Numbered from the stretch's first letter, positions 8,917-18,946 are shown. The stretch: 64,000 nucleotides of DNA from Myxococcales bacterium (GCA_043747615.1 JAYTOU010000057.1:64001-128000); one strand, 5' to 3'. Numbers and translations: made by a program. Notes: generated by a model from the letters alone, not told the origin.

Positions 8917-10961
8917 TGCTCCTCTCTCGTTTCTGGTACGCGATCCTGAGCTTCTGCGTTTGTGTGGCGATCTACACGGTCTTCGTCGCCGTCGGCGAAT
9001 ACAACCGCCGCAACCAGGTGGCGATGACCGAGGGGCTCGCGGCCGACAGCCAGGTCGTGCGCTGGGCGCTGCAGATCGATTCGCGACGCAGGCTCGACGC
9101 ACTCTTGATCGGCGCAGTCGACAAGGGAGTTCAAGACAGCCTGGTCGCAGCGAACGGCAAAGACAGGATCCCCACCAAGTCGAAGGAAGACGCGCGCAAG
9201 GCCCTCGTCGCGATCAGCGAGAAGCTTCCTGCCGAGTACAAACCCGACGCGCTCTTTGCCGTCGACCGTGATGGGCGGGTGGTCGCGCAGCTCGGATTCG
9301 ACTCCGCCAACGCCTTCGACGACTTCGAGCTCGGCGGCTTCCCCGCCGTCAACGACGCGCTCCACGGTTTCCTGCGCGACGACACCTGGGTGCTCGCCGG
9401 AAAAGTTTACCGCGTCTCGGCGCGCCCAGTGGAATACGACGTTTCGCAGCCGCCTGCTGGTGCCATCGTGGGGCTTCGCAGCCTCGATGCTCGCTTCGCG
9501 AAAGACATCTCCAAGCTCACCCGCACCAACGTCGCCTTCTACGCTTCGGGCGTGCGCGTGGCGTCGGCCGCTGGCGCCGACGGCTTCGACGAGAAGCTTC
9601 TCGACGTCGTCACCGCAGAAGTCCCGAAGGTCGAGGCCGACAAGGCCTACCAAGATACCGGACGCTCCGGCATTCGCCTGGTGACCGAAGATCTCGGCGC
9701 CACCTACGCCCGCTTCGAAGGCGATGCGTGGGAGCTTCGCGCAGGCTTCGTCGTTGCCCGCACCCGCGTCTCCATCCGCGGTCCAATGGGATTTTTGACC
9801 AGCGCCGACGACAAGGACAAGGCGAGCGTGCCGTGGCTGCTCATCGTGCTGACCATGCTCGTTGGAATCGGCGCCGGCATCGCCTTCACGGTGCTCGAGC
9901 ACACGCTGCCGATGAGGGAGATGGTCAACCAGGCCCTCCGCCTGAAGAAGGGTGAGCTTGATCAGCTCCAGCTGCCTCGTTTTCGCGGCGGCTTTCGGGG
10001 CATCGCGGCGGACATCAATTTCGGGATCGATCGCGTCGCCGAAAAGGGTGGAGCCCCTAGAAAACAAGCCGATCTCGAGTCCATTCTCGGCCCCGTTCCG
10101 GCACAGCCTTCCATGAGCGCGTTTTCATTTCCTCTGGCGGACGGAAGCCAACCTGGAAATACGTTTCCGTCGCGTGAGCCTGTCTCCTCGCCCGGGCGAG
10201 CCGCGCTTCCTCAACACCCGAACCATGCTGGCCCGCCCCAATCCAATCCGCGCGCAGGTCTCGTTCAAGGCCCTGGCAACGTTCGCGCGACGGGGCCGGG
10301 AAACGCCTTGAACCCACCCACGAACCCAAGCATGACCGCAGGGACGCCCCCCGGTCCGAATCAGAATCTCGGGGAAGGCCTGGCTCGCCCGAACGCGCCG
10401 CCGGTCCCGGCAAGACCGGCATTCCCGCCGAACCTTCCGAACGCGAGGCCCGGCGCACCGAACGCCCTTGCGGCGATGGGTATGCAGACTGCACCAATAT
10501 CCGCCGGCGGATTGCAAGAGCCCCTCACGGCGCCAACCGCGATGAGCCCGCCCGGCAAGGCGCAGGAGCTCATGGCCCAGCACGCGGTTCAGCAGGCGGC
10601 GGAGTCCCTGAAGTTGCAGCAGGCGCGGCCCCAGGGGCTCGCGAACTTGGCGGGCGACGACGACCCTCAAGACGAATCCACGGTGGTCGGCGAAGTCCCG
10701 CGCGAGGTGCTCGCCCAGGCATCTGGTGCCCATCGCACGACCGACGAGGCGACGGAGTGGCTGACGGTCTACGAAGATTTCGTTCGGACCAAGAAGCAAT
10801 GCGGCGAGCCGACCGAAGGTCTCACCTTCGAAAAGTTCCAACACACGCTCAAGAAAAACCGCGATGCTCTCGTCCAGCGTCACGGCTGCAAGCGTGTGCG
10901 CTTCTCGGTGTACGTGAAGGAAGGACGCGCCTCGTTGAAGGCGACGCCGGTCAAAGAATGA
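8913..10961 (+). CDS. MXAN_5187-family membrane protein
   Basis: Two TM segments, periplasmic Cache-like region, Pro-rich linker, C-terminal CGEPTEGLTFEKF...CKRVRFSVYVKEGRASLKATPV motif typical of the family. Confidence 0.8.
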   Translation: MMLLSRFWYAILSFCVCVAIYTVFVAVGEYNRRNQVAMTEGLAADSQVVRWALQIDSRRRLDALLIGAVDKGVQDSLVAANGKDRIPTKSKEDARKALVAISEKLPAEYKPDALFAVDRDGRVVAQLGFDSANAFDDFELGGFPAVNDALHGFLRDDTWVLAGKVYRVSARPVEYDVSQPPAGAIVGLRSLDARFAKDISKLTRTNVAFYASGVRVASAAGADGFDEKLLDVVTAEVPKVEADKAYQDTGRSGIRLVTEDLGATYARFEGDAWELRAGFVVARTRVSIRGPMGFLTSADDKDKASVPWLLIVLTMLVGIGAGIAFTVLEHTLPMREMVNQALRLKKGELDQLQLPRFRGGFRGIAADINFGIDRVAEKGGAPRKQADLESILGPVPAQPSMSAFSFPLADGSQPGNTFPSREPVSSPGRAALPQHPNHAGPPQSNPRAGLVQGPGNVRATGPGNALNPPTNPSMTAGTPPGPNQNLGEGLARPNAPPVPARPAFPPNLPNARPGAPNALAAMGMQTAPISAGGLQEPLTAPTAMSPPGKAQELMAQHAVQQAAESLKLQQARPQGLANLAGDDDPQDESTVVGEVPREVLAQASGAHRTTDEATEWLTVYEDFVRTKKQCGEPTEGLTFEKFQHTLKKNRDALVQRHGCKRVRFSVYVKEGRASLKATPVKE

Positions 10962-10990
10962 TTTTTCTTTACGGGGGCCAAAGTACGCTC

Positions 10991-12619
10991 ATGCGATCTG
11001 TCTTCAAGTCGGCGCTCATCGCCACCACGTTCGTCTGCACCGCTGGCCTCTTCGAACGCACCGCACATGCCACGAACATCACCGAGTTTCCGGACAACGG
11101 CTCCGAGCAGATGGCCCGCGGCGGCGCTTGGGTGGCGCGCGCGAGTGATCCTCTTGCGGCGTTCTACAACCCCGCCGGGCTCGCAGGGCAGCCGACGCGG
11201 CTTACGCTCCAGTCGAACATCACCTTCTCCCATACCTGTTTTACGCGTGTGCAAGCGGCGAACGACACCACGCAAGAACCGCTCTCCGGGGGCGCGGGCG
11301 GGGCGTTTCCGCGGGTCTGCAACGACGTTGCTCCAAACATCGGGCCCCAGATTGCGTTCACGTATCGAGTGACCGACCGCTTCGGGCTCGGCTTTGCGAT
11401 CCTCGGTCCAAGCGGCGCGGCGAAGGCGAATTGGCCCAACTTCGTGAGCAACAAAGACGGGCCGCAGCCCGCTCCACAGCGCTACTTGCTCCTCGATGGG
11501 AACGTTCTTCTCGCTACGCCCACCATCGGTTTTGGCGCCGAGATTATCGACAACCTCCGGGTCGGGGCGAGCTTTCAGCTCGGGATCATGAAGGCGAAAT
11601 TCTCGACGGCGTCCGCGTCGGTGAACGACGAGAACGAGAACCCCAAGTCGAACGACGTGAACGCGACCCTCATCGCCCAGGACATGTTCGTTCCCGGCTT
11701 CACCCTCGGCGCCCTCTACAGCGCGACCGAGAACCTCGATCTCGCTGGCTGGTTCAAATGGAGCGATGCGATCAAGGCTTCCGGCGACATCTACACCCAG
11801 TCGAACTATTTCACTCCCAAGGTCGCTGGCGGCGACACCAGCGGCATCAAAGACGGCGATTCCACCATCCCGGACTGCAACCTCGGCAACGGCACGAAGA
11901 TCTGCGGAAACGGCGACAACGCGAAATTGCGGATCAACATCCCGATGGAGGCGAAGATCGGCCTTCGCTACCACAAGCCGCGCGGCCTCGTGAAAAAGCA
12001 CCTGCGCGATCCAATGGCGACCGACGTGTTCGATGCCGAGATCGATCTCACCTGGGCGAACAACAGCGCCTTCGACGGCGTACGGGTTCGGTTCCCGACC
12101 GACGCCAACGGCGACGGCATCATCCCCGTGAATGGAATTCCGAGCGGTGTCGTTCCGCCGAACGCCGACGCGTATCACGGCTTCAGAGACGTAGTCGGCG
12201 TGCGCGTGGGCGGAGACTTCAACGTGCTCCCCGACAAGCTCGCCCTTCGCGGCGGCGCTTATTTCGAGAGCAACGGTCAGGACAAGAAGTACCAAAACAT
12301 CGACTTCATCGGAGCTGCGCGCGTAGGTCTTGCGGCCGGAACGACGTTCCGCATCCACCTCGATCCCGAGAAGACCAAGGCCATCGAGCTCTCCCTCGGT
12401 CTGATGCACGTCTTCGTGATGACCCAAGACAACAAAGATCCGAAGGCCGAAGGAATGAACGGCGTCGCGGGCACGGCCTGTAACCCCAGCGTAAATTCGC
12501 TCCCCGGGGGCACATGCAAGGACGGAAGGCCGAAGTACCGAGAGAACTGGCCCGTCAATCTGGGGACCATCACGAACGCGATCAATGCCATCAACGTCGG
12601 CGCGAGCTATCGTTTCTAG
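10991..12619 (+). CDS. OmpP1/FadL-family outer-membrane transporter
   Basis: Signal peptide, MARGGAWVARASDPLAAFYNPAGL, C-terminal YRF barrel signal. Confidence 0.8.
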   Translation: MRSVFKSALIATTFVCTAGLFERTAHATNITEFPDNGSEQMARGGAWVARASDPLAAFYNPAGLAGQPTRLTLQSNITFSHTCFTRVQAANDTTQEPLSGGAGGAFPRVCNDVAPNIGPQIAFTYRVTDRFGLGFAILGPSGAAKANWPNFVSNKDGPQPAPQRYLLLDGNVLLATPTIGFGAEIIDNLRVGASFQLGIMKAKFSTASASVNDENENPKSNDVNATLIAQDMFVPGFTLGALYSATENLDLAGWFKWSDAIKASGDIYTQSNYFTPKVAGGDTSGIKDGDSTIPDCNLGNGTKICGNGDNAKLRINIPMEAKIGLRYHKPRGLVKKHLRDPMATDVFDAEIDLTWANNSAFDGVRVRFPTDANGDGIIPVNGIPSGVVPPNADAYHGFRDVVGVRVGGDFNVLPDKLALRGGAYFESNGQDKKYQNIDFIGAARVGLAAGTTFRIHLDPEKTKAIELSLGLMHVFVMTQDNKDPKAEGMNGVAGTACNPSVNSLPGGTCKDGRPKYRENWPVNLGTITNAINAINVGASYRF

Positions 12620-12673
12620 CCGACCATCGAAACGCTGTGCTGCGTGATACTCGTCACGCGGCCTCGAGGACAC

Positions 12674-13630
12674 ATGAGCGACCCCCGCAAAGTGATCATC
12701 ATCGGTTCGGGACCTGCCGGACACACCGCCGGCATTTACGCCGCACGCGCAAACCTTAGCCCCTTGATGTTCGAGGGAATGGTGAAGGGCGGCATTCCCG
12801 GTGGTCAGCTCATGATCACCAACGACGTCGAAAATTTCCCCGGCTTCCCCGAGAAAATCACCGGACCGGATCTGATGAAGGCCTTCCGCGATCAGTCGCT
12901 GCATCAGGGCGTGGAGATCCGCACGGAGGACGTGAACAAGGTCGACGTGTCGAAGCGCCCGTTTCGCGTTTGGGTCGGCGACGACAACGTCGAGCACGCG
13001 GCGCAGACCCTGATCATCGCCACGGGTGCCCAGGCAAAGTGGCTCAACATCGACACGGAGCACGCCCTCAAGGGCCGCGGCGTCTCGGCCTGCGCGGTAT
13101 GCGACGGAGCCTTCTTCCGCAATCAGGACGTGATGGTCGTCGGCGGCGGGGACACGGCGATGGAAGAGTCGATGTACCTCTCCGGCATCTGCAAGTCGGT
13201 GACGCTCGTCCACCGCCGCGAAGAGTTTCGCGCCAGCAAGGCCATGCAAGATCGCGTGTTCAAGAACAAGAAGATCAGCATCCTCTACAACTCCGCCGTC
13301 GAAGAGATCATGGACGTGTCGAAGGGCGAGGTCACCGGCGCGCGGGTGATGAACTTCAAGACCAAAGAGTCGAAGGTCGTGCCGATCACGGGGCTTTTCG
13401 TGGCCATCGGTCACACCCCGAACACCGATCTCTTCGTCGGGCAACTGGACCTGCACGAAAACGGGTATCTGAAAGCGAAGCCCGGAACGGCGCAAACCAG
13501 CGTGCCAGGCGTGTTCGCCTGCGGCGACGTTCAAGACTTCGTCTACCGCCAAGCGGTCACCGCCGCGGGAACGGGTTGCATGGCGGCACTCGAGGCCGAG
13601 CGCTGGCTCGCCGCGAACGAAGACCACTGA
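12674..13630 (+). CDS. trxB: Thioredoxin-disulfide reductase
   Basis: GSGPAG, GGQL, CAVCDG, GGGDTA, GDVQD, RQAVTAAG; GAGGA RBS before ATG 12674. Confidence 0.97.
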   Translation: MSDPRKVIIIGSGPAGHTAGIYAARANLSPLMFEGMVKGGIPGGQLMITNDVENFPGFPEKITGPDLMKAFRDQSLHQGVEIRTEDVNKVDVSKRPFRVWVGDDNVEHAAQTLIIATGAQAKWLNIDTEHALKGRGVSACAVCDGAFFRNQDVMVVGGGDTAMEESMYLSGICKSVTLVHRREEFRASKAMQDRVFKNKKISILYNSAVEEIMDVSKGEVTGARVMNFKTKESKVVPITGLFVAIGHTPNTDLFVGQLDLHENGYLKAKPGTAQTSVPGVFACGDVQDFVYRQAVTAAGTGCMAALEAERWLAANEDH

Positions 13631-13648
13631 GCGGAAGGCCAAGCGCGG

Positions 13649-14170
13649 ATGACGATGAGCACCTCAGGTCGCCCGTCCACCAGCACGTCCGGTGCTCCGG
13701 CGGCGATGACGGAGCGTGAAGATCAGCTGGCGCGCGTCTCGTTCTTCGACGGGCTCACGCGGGAGGCTCTGGCCATGATGGCCCAGGTGACGACCGAAGA
13801 ATCGCACGCTCTTGGCACGCGGATTTTTCAATACGGAGATCCGGGCGACAAGCTCTTCATCATCCTCGAGGGCAAGGTGCGTATCTCCCGCGAAGTTGCG
13901 GGGATGGGCGAAGAGGCGCTCGCGGTCCTCGGACCGGGTCAAGTGTTCGGCGAGATGGCGCTGCTCGATGAATCACCCCGCTCGGCCGATGCCCGCGCCC
14001 ACGAGCGCTGCCGACTCTTGGTGATCGCCAAGGACGCGTTCGACGATCTGCTTTTTTTGCACAAAGACTTGGCGTTCGAAGTCCTCTGGAGTTGCGTACG
14101 CACGCTGTCGGGACGGCTTCGGGAGACGAACGACAAGTTGACGTTCCTTTCGACCAGCGGAAAGTTTTGA
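13649..14170 (+). CDS. Stand-alone cyclic nucleotide-binding domain protein
   Basis: GDPGDKLFIILEGKV, FGEMALL...PRSA; no HTH. Start may be 13706. Confidence 0.88.
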   Translation: MTMSTSGRPSTSTSGAPAAMTEREDQLARVSFFDGLTREALAMMAQVTTEESHALGTRIFQYGDPGDKLFIILEGKVRISREVAGMGEEALAVLGPGQVFGEMALLDESPRSADARAHERCRLLVIAKDAFDDLLFLHKDLAFEVLWSCVRTLSGRLRETNDKLTFLSTSGKF

Positions 14171-14180
14171 GGTTGTCTTC

Positions 14181-14840
14181 GTGAGAAATGGTTCCAGTTT
14201 TCTGGCGGTGTCCTTCGTTCTTGGTAACGCGATCGCCGCGTGCGGCGGCGCCCAGCCCGAGCCCCCGCAAACGCCGAGCGCAACGCCCTCCGCGAGCGCT
14301 GCACCGACGACCGCTTCCTCCGTGAGCAGCGCGGTGCCCCTGAACACGCCGCCCGGCCCGGCAGGTACGCCTCCCTTCGCGGGCCTTATGAAGCCCATCG
14401 CGGCGAGCACGATGGCGAGCGATCTCCAGGCCATCGGCCTCGACCCGAAGGCGCTCCCTCCGCTCAACAAACTCGATCCGGCGACGCTCCGAAAGGTCAT
14501 GCGCACGTTCACCAGGGCGTTAGGTGCAAAGTGCACGGATTGCCACGACGACGCCGACTACGCTCTTCCCACGCCGATGAAAACGATCGCAGAGCACATG
14601 TGGAACGACTACGTGCGCGCGCTTTCGTTTGATCCGCCAACGCAGCCGCTCTACTGCGACTCGTGTCACCAGGGTCGAGGGAAGATCCTCGATCGCCACG
14701 ACAAGAAGGCGCTCGGCAAGTGGATGGATCAAAACTTCGTCGCAAAGCTGAAGCGGGTCGACGGAAAGGAACACAATTGCGAGACCTGCCACGGAGACCC
14801 GTTCGACGGAAATATCCTCGGCAAATGGACAGGTAAGTAA
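14181..14840 (+). CDS. Triheme c-type cytochrome lipoprotein
   Basis: Lipobox IAAC; three heme motifs CTDCH, CDSCH, CETCH. Confidence 0.85.
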   Translation: MRNGSSFLAVSFVLGNAIAACGGAQPEPPQTPSATPSASAAPTTASSVSSAVPLNTPPGPAGTPPFAGLMKPIAASTMASDLQAIGLDPKALPPLNKLDPATLRKVMRTFTRALGAKCTDCHDDADYALPTPMKTIAEHMWNDYVRALSFDPPTQPLYCDSCHQGRGKILDRHDKKALGKWMDQNFVAKLKRVDGKEHNCETCHGDPFDGNILGKWTGK

Positions 14841-14878
14841 CGCTGGTCGCGCCCAGCCCAGAACTTCTCCACAGTTTG

Positions 14879-14907
14879 TTGACGGCGTGACGCCCGTTCA
14901 GTACAAT
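14879..14907 (+). promoter_or_regulatory. lexA promoter TTGACG-N17-TACAAT with a probable LexA box in the spacer
   Basis: Near-consensus hexamers; spacer CGTGACGCCCGTTCAG partly matches the Myxococcus LexA consensus CTRHAMRYBYGTTCAGS. Confidence 0.75.
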
Positions 14908-14914
14908 TACCGCC

Positions 14915-15688
14915 ATGGTAGGCCTGACCCAGCGCCAGCAAATGGTTCTTGACTTCATCAACCAGTCAATCACCGACCGCGGATACCCTCCGACGCTGCG
15001 TGAGATTGGCGCGCGCATGGGGATTCGATCGACGAACGGGGTGAACGATCACCTGCGCGCCCTCGAGCGAAAGGGTTACCTCACGCGCGAGGACATGAAA
15101 TCGCGCGCGCTCCGCCCCACGGGCTTTGGCCAGACACCAGAGCTTCCAGGTCTTGGCCCAGTGAGAGACGGAAACGGATCGAGAAACGCACTGAGTCATC
15201 AGTCGCACGCGCAATCCTCGCACCAATTGAATGGGCGTGCAGAGGCGGGCCTCAACGCGATCAACTCCCTCAATGCCTCCGCGGCCAACGACGACGACAT
15301 AGTGGAGGTTCAGATCCTCGGCCGCGTCGCCGCGGGTCTGCCGCTCCTCGCCGAAGAGCACGTCATCGACACCGTGCGCATCGACCGCGGCCTCCTGAAG
15401 GGCGGGCGCGAGGTGTTCGGGCTCAAGGTGCAAGGCGATTCGATGATCGACGCCGGCATCCTCACGGGCGACTACATCTTCGTCCGCAAGCAGCTCACGG
15501 CGTCGCGCGGCGACATCGTCGTTGCCCTCATCGGAGACGAAGCGACCGTCAAATACTACTACCCGGAAAAGGACTACGTCCGCTTCCAGCCTGCCAACAA
15601 GACCATGGCCCCCATCCTGGTCCGGGCCGTCGACTTCCGCCCCACGATGCTTCTGGGTGTCGTCGTCGGCATCTTCCGCCGCATCTAA
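14915..15688 (+). CDS. lexA: SOS repressor LexA
   Basis: LTQRQ...GYPPTLREIG HTH, Ala-Gly cleavage site VAAGLP, catalytic GDSM and TVK. Confidence 0.97.
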   Translation: MVGLTQRQQMVLDFINQSITDRGYPPTLREIGARMGIRSTNGVNDHLRALERKGYLTREDMKSRALRPTGFGQTPELPGLGPVRDGNGSRNALSHQSHAQSSHQLNGRAEAGLNAINSLNASAANDDDIVEVQILGRVAAGLPLLAEEHVIDTVRIDRGLLKGGREVFGLKVQGDSMIDAGILTGDYIFVRKQLTASRGDIVVALIGDEATVKYYYPEKDYVRFQPANKTMAPILVRAVDFRPTMLLGVVVGIFRRI

Positions 15689-15758
15689 GTCCACGGCAGC
15701 TACGCGCCGTCACGGGCTTGACCTGCCTCTTCCGCCGGAGATACGGTCGGTGCAATAA

Positions 15759-16097
15759 ATGCGAGCCCCGAAGGGAAATACATCCTGCGGCACTACGGCA
15801 TTCGGTGTGCTCGCTCTCGTGTTGGCGCTCGGCTCGACGTCGGCGTGCGGCGGCGTCTACTACGCAGTGCAAGTGAACGGGGCGGCGTCGCGACTCGCCG
15901 AAGCACGTGAGCTCGGAGCCGAGCAGCTCGCTCCGTACGAGTACTACTACGCGAAGTCCCACCTCGAGCAGGCCCAGGTCGAGGCCAGCGAGGCGAGCTA
16001 TTCCGACGCGGCCATCTACGCCGAAACGGCCGACGAATATGCGCAAAAAGCGATCGAGCTTTCGCACGCCGCTCACAAGGCGAGCGCTCGTCCATGA
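15759..16097 (+). CDS. DUF4398-like lipoprotein
   Basis: Signal ending in SAC, GAEQLAPYEY..A motif; coupled to the OmpA gene. Confidence 0.7.
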   Translation: MRAPKGNTSCGTTAFGVLALVLALGSTSACGGVYYAVQVNGAASRLAEARELGAEQLAPYEYYYAKSHLEQAQVEASEASYSDAAIYAETADEYAQKAIELSHAAHKASARP

Positions 16098-17179
16098 GTC
16101 TCTCTCGGGCCCTCGGCGCGGCCATCGCGCTTGTCGCGTTGAGCTCGGCATGCGTGCAGGGCTCGATTCTCCGCGGGCGCGTGCAAGGGCTCCAAGGCAT
16201 CGCCGAGACAGCCGAGAAAAACGGAGCGATTCGCTGCGCGCCGCGGGAGCTCGCCCTCGCGAAATCTCACCTTCGCTTTGCGACCACCGAGCTCGATCAG
16301 GGCGAGATGAGCAACGCAGAGAGGCATCTTCTCATCGCCGAGCCGAACGCGCGGGCCGCGCTTGCCCAGAGTCCCCCGGACCGCTGCGCCGAACGTAAGT
16401 TCATCGAGCCAAAACAGGGCGACCGCGATGGCGACGGTTATGCGGACACCGTTGATAAGTGCCCCGACGAGCCCGAGAACTGGAACGGGTATCTCGACCA
16501 AGACGGTTGCCCCGACGATCCCGACACCGACGGCGACGGGATCACCGACTCGAAGGATCAGTGCCCCCTCGAGCCCGAGGACGTCGACAACTATCTCGAC
16601 GACGACGGCTGCCCCGACCTCGACAACGACGCAGACGGCATCGTCGACACGCTCGACAAGTGCCCGCTCAAGGCCGAGGACTTCGACGGCTTCGAGGACA
16701 CGGACGGCTGCACGGACCCCGACAACGACGGCGACACCGTGCTCGACGTAGACGATTTCTGCCCGAATACCCCAGGATCGCCGGGTGGCACCAAGCCCGG
16801 TTGCCCGGGCCTCATCATCGTCACAGCCAAAGAAATTCGGATCACCCAGCAGATTCACTTCGAGTTCAACAAGGCCACGATCAAACCGGACAGCTTCCCG
16901 ATCCTCGACGCCATCCGCGATGCTCTCCAGGCCAACCCCAAGATCAAGCTCGAGGTCCAAGGCCACACCGACAACGTCGGAAATGCGGCCTACAACCAGA
17001 AGCTCTCGGGCGCTCGCGCAGACAGCGTCCGACAGTACCTGACGGGCCACGGCATCGAAGCCGCGCGGCTCACGTCGAAGGGCTATGGACTCACCCAACC
17101 CATCGTGCCCAACAACTCCGAAGCGAACCGCGCCCTCAACCGCCGCGTCCAGTTCATTCGCACCGAAGCCCCCCCCTGA
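16094..17179 (+). CDS. OmpA-family lipoprotein with thrombospondin type-3-like Ca-binding repeats
   Basis: Lipobox SSAC, repeated DxDGDG..D..DxCP units, GHTD...NQKLS..RA...NRRVQF. Confidence 0.92.
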   Translation: MSLSRALGAAIALVALSSACVQGSILRGRVQGLQGIAETAEKNGAIRCAPRELALAKSHLRFATTELDQGEMSNAERHLLIAEPNARAALAQSPPDRCAERKFIEPKQGDRDGDGYADTVDKCPDEPENWNGYLDQDGCPDDPDTDGDGITDSKDQCPLEPEDVDNYLDDDGCPDLDNDADGIVDTLDKCPLKAEDFDGFEDTDGCTDPDNDGDTVLDVDDFCPNTPGSPGGTKPGCPGLIIVTAKEIRITQQIHFEFNKATIKPDSFPILDAIRDALQANPKIKLEVQGHTDNVGNAAYNQKLSGARADSVRQYLTGHGIEAARLTSKGYGLTQPIVPNNSEANRALNRRVQFIRTEAPP

Positions 17180-17228
17180 TTTGGCTCTTTTTGCCCCGTT
17201 GGCAGCCATTTCGTTGTATCCCCGGGGC

Positions 17229-18923
17229 GTGAAAATCCTGGGCCGGGCTGGACTCGTAGCGGCGCTTTTTCTCCTCACGCTTTTGCTCATTGCGCCGGCC
17301 GCGTTGGCGCAGGGCAAGGCGGATGGTCCTGCAAAGGCCCTTCAGAAGAAGGCGATGGACGAGGATTACCTGAGCCTCGAGTTCGACAAAGCAGCCGAGA
17401 AGCTCACCAAGGCCATCGCGCTCTGCGGCGTCGATAAGTGTGCGCCTCTTTTGCGCGCGCAGCTTCGTCGCGATCTCGGCGTCGTCCAGATCGGCAGCGG
17501 CGCCGACAAAGAGAAAGGCTCAGCGAACTTCATCGAGGCGCTCAAGATCGAGCCCACCCTAGCGCTCGATCCCGACGTCAAGACGAAAGAGCTCGAAGCC
17601 GCGTTCGACGCCGCCCGCAAAAAAGCTGGAAGCGCGGCTACCGCGGTGGGTCCCGTCGGCCCCGCTCCCGCAGGAGATTTCACGCACACGCCCGTCGCCG
17701 GCCAGGCGGTGCGAACGCCCGTCCCGATCTTCGTCGAGTACGCGGGTACCGAAGTGCTCGCCAAGGTCATCGTCCGCTACAAGGGCTTCGGCATGACGGA
17801 GTTCAAGACGTTGGAGCTTAAGAAGATCGGCGTCGGCTACGGCGGGACGATCCCCTGCGTCGACGTCGGACAGCAGGGCAACCTGCAGTACTACGTGCAA
17901 GGCTTCAACGCCGCGAACGACCCGGTCGCTACCGCGGGCGATCGCAATAATACCTATAAAGTCCCCATCAAAACGAAGTTCGAGGGCGAGGCTCCGCACC
18001 TTCCCGACCAGCCCGCACCCACGCAGTGCGTCGACACTGGTGACTGCCCGCCCGGCTTTCCGTGCGCCAAGAAGGCTGGTCCCGAGGCAGTGACTGAAGG
18101 CGGATCGAAGGCCGAGGGCGAGGAGTGCGAAGAGAGCAGCGAGTGCAAGAGTAACGCGTGCAAGGCGAACAAGTGCACGGCCCCGGAAGAAGTGGGCCCC
18201 AAGAAAAGACGCATCTGGATCGGCATCGCCGGCGCGATCGACCTCGTGTTCCTCCCCTCCGCGCAGGACGTCTGCAAGCTCGACCCGATGACGGCCATCC
18301 CGACGAACTCGAGCGGGTACTACTGCACCAACAGCGACGGAGTCGACTACCCGAGCCGCACGGTCAAGGCCGAGAACGAGTCGCTTGCTCCAACCAAAGG
18401 CGGCTCGGTGAACGGCGGCACGGCTCTCGCCAACATCCGCGTGATGCTCACCGCGGACTACGCGGTCAACGACAACATCTTGGTTGGCGCTCGTTTCGGA
18501 TTCGTCGCGAAGACCTACCCCGGCGCGGCGGGTGGCCAGGACGGCCTCGTGATCTTGCCGATCCACGCGGAGGCGCGCTTCACGTACTTGATCGGAAAAG
18601 AAGCCATCAACAAACCCTTCGCGCCATACGCGTTCGGCGCCTTTGGGCTCTCGCAGTCTTCTGCCGAGGTCGACGTGCCGGTCTCCGAAGCTCCGCACGC
18701 TGACCCCGCATGCCCGATGGGACAGTGTCCCGGCGGAAATAAAACCGTCCAAGCGTGGGCCATCGGCGGTCCGCTCTTCGGCGCAGTGGGCGGTGGCGTG
18801 CGCGTCGCCATCGGTCCGCGCGCGGCGATCATGTTCGCGCCTCTGAAGCTCAACTTCGCATTCGGCAAGGGCTCGCTCATTCCGTCGCTGCAGCCCGAGC
18901 TCGGAGTCCAAGTCGGCTTCTGA
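17229..18923 (+). CDS. Secreted/outer-membrane protein with helical N-terminus, Cys-rich segment and C-terminal beta-barrel
   Basis: GTG start with signal peptide, CEESSECKSNACKANKC, ends LGVQVGF. Confidence 0.65.
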   Translation: MKILGRAGLVAALFLLTLLLIAPAALAQGKADGPAKALQKKAMDEDYLSLEFDKAAEKLTKAIALCGVDKCAPLLRAQLRRDLGVVQIGSGADKEKGSANFIEALKIEPTLALDPDVKTKELEAAFDAARKKAGSAATAVGPVGPAPAGDFTHTPVAGQAVRTPVPIFVEYAGTEVLAKVIVRYKGFGMTEFKTLELKKIGVGYGGTIPCVDVGQQGNLQYYVQGFNAANDPVATAGDRNNTYKVPIKTKFEGEAPHLPDQPAPTQCVDTGDCPPGFPCAKKAGPEAVTEGGSKAEGEECEESSECKSNACKANKCTAPEEVGPKKRRIWIGIAGAIDLVFLPSAQDVCKLDPMTAIPTNSSGYYCTNSDGVDYPSRTVKAENESLAPTKGGSVNGGTALANIRVMLTADYAVNDNILVGARFGFVAKTYPGAAGGQDGLVILPIHAEARFTYLIGKEAINKPFAPYAFGAFGLSQSSAEVDVPVSEAPHADPACPMGQCPGGNKTVQAWAIGGPLFGAVGGGVRVAIGPRAAIMFAPLKLNFAFGKGSLIPSLQPELGVQVGF

Positions 18924-18946
18924 GTCTTCTGAGTTGGGGGGATCAC

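Noticed and set aside
10880..13642. 920-aa minus-strand ORF and many similar long antisense ORFs
   Set aside because: Shadow frames of real genes caused by high-GC codon bias; no motifs.
14181..14840. Photosynthesis gene cluster
   Set aside because: No pufLM or bch genes; the cytochrome has three hemes, not four.
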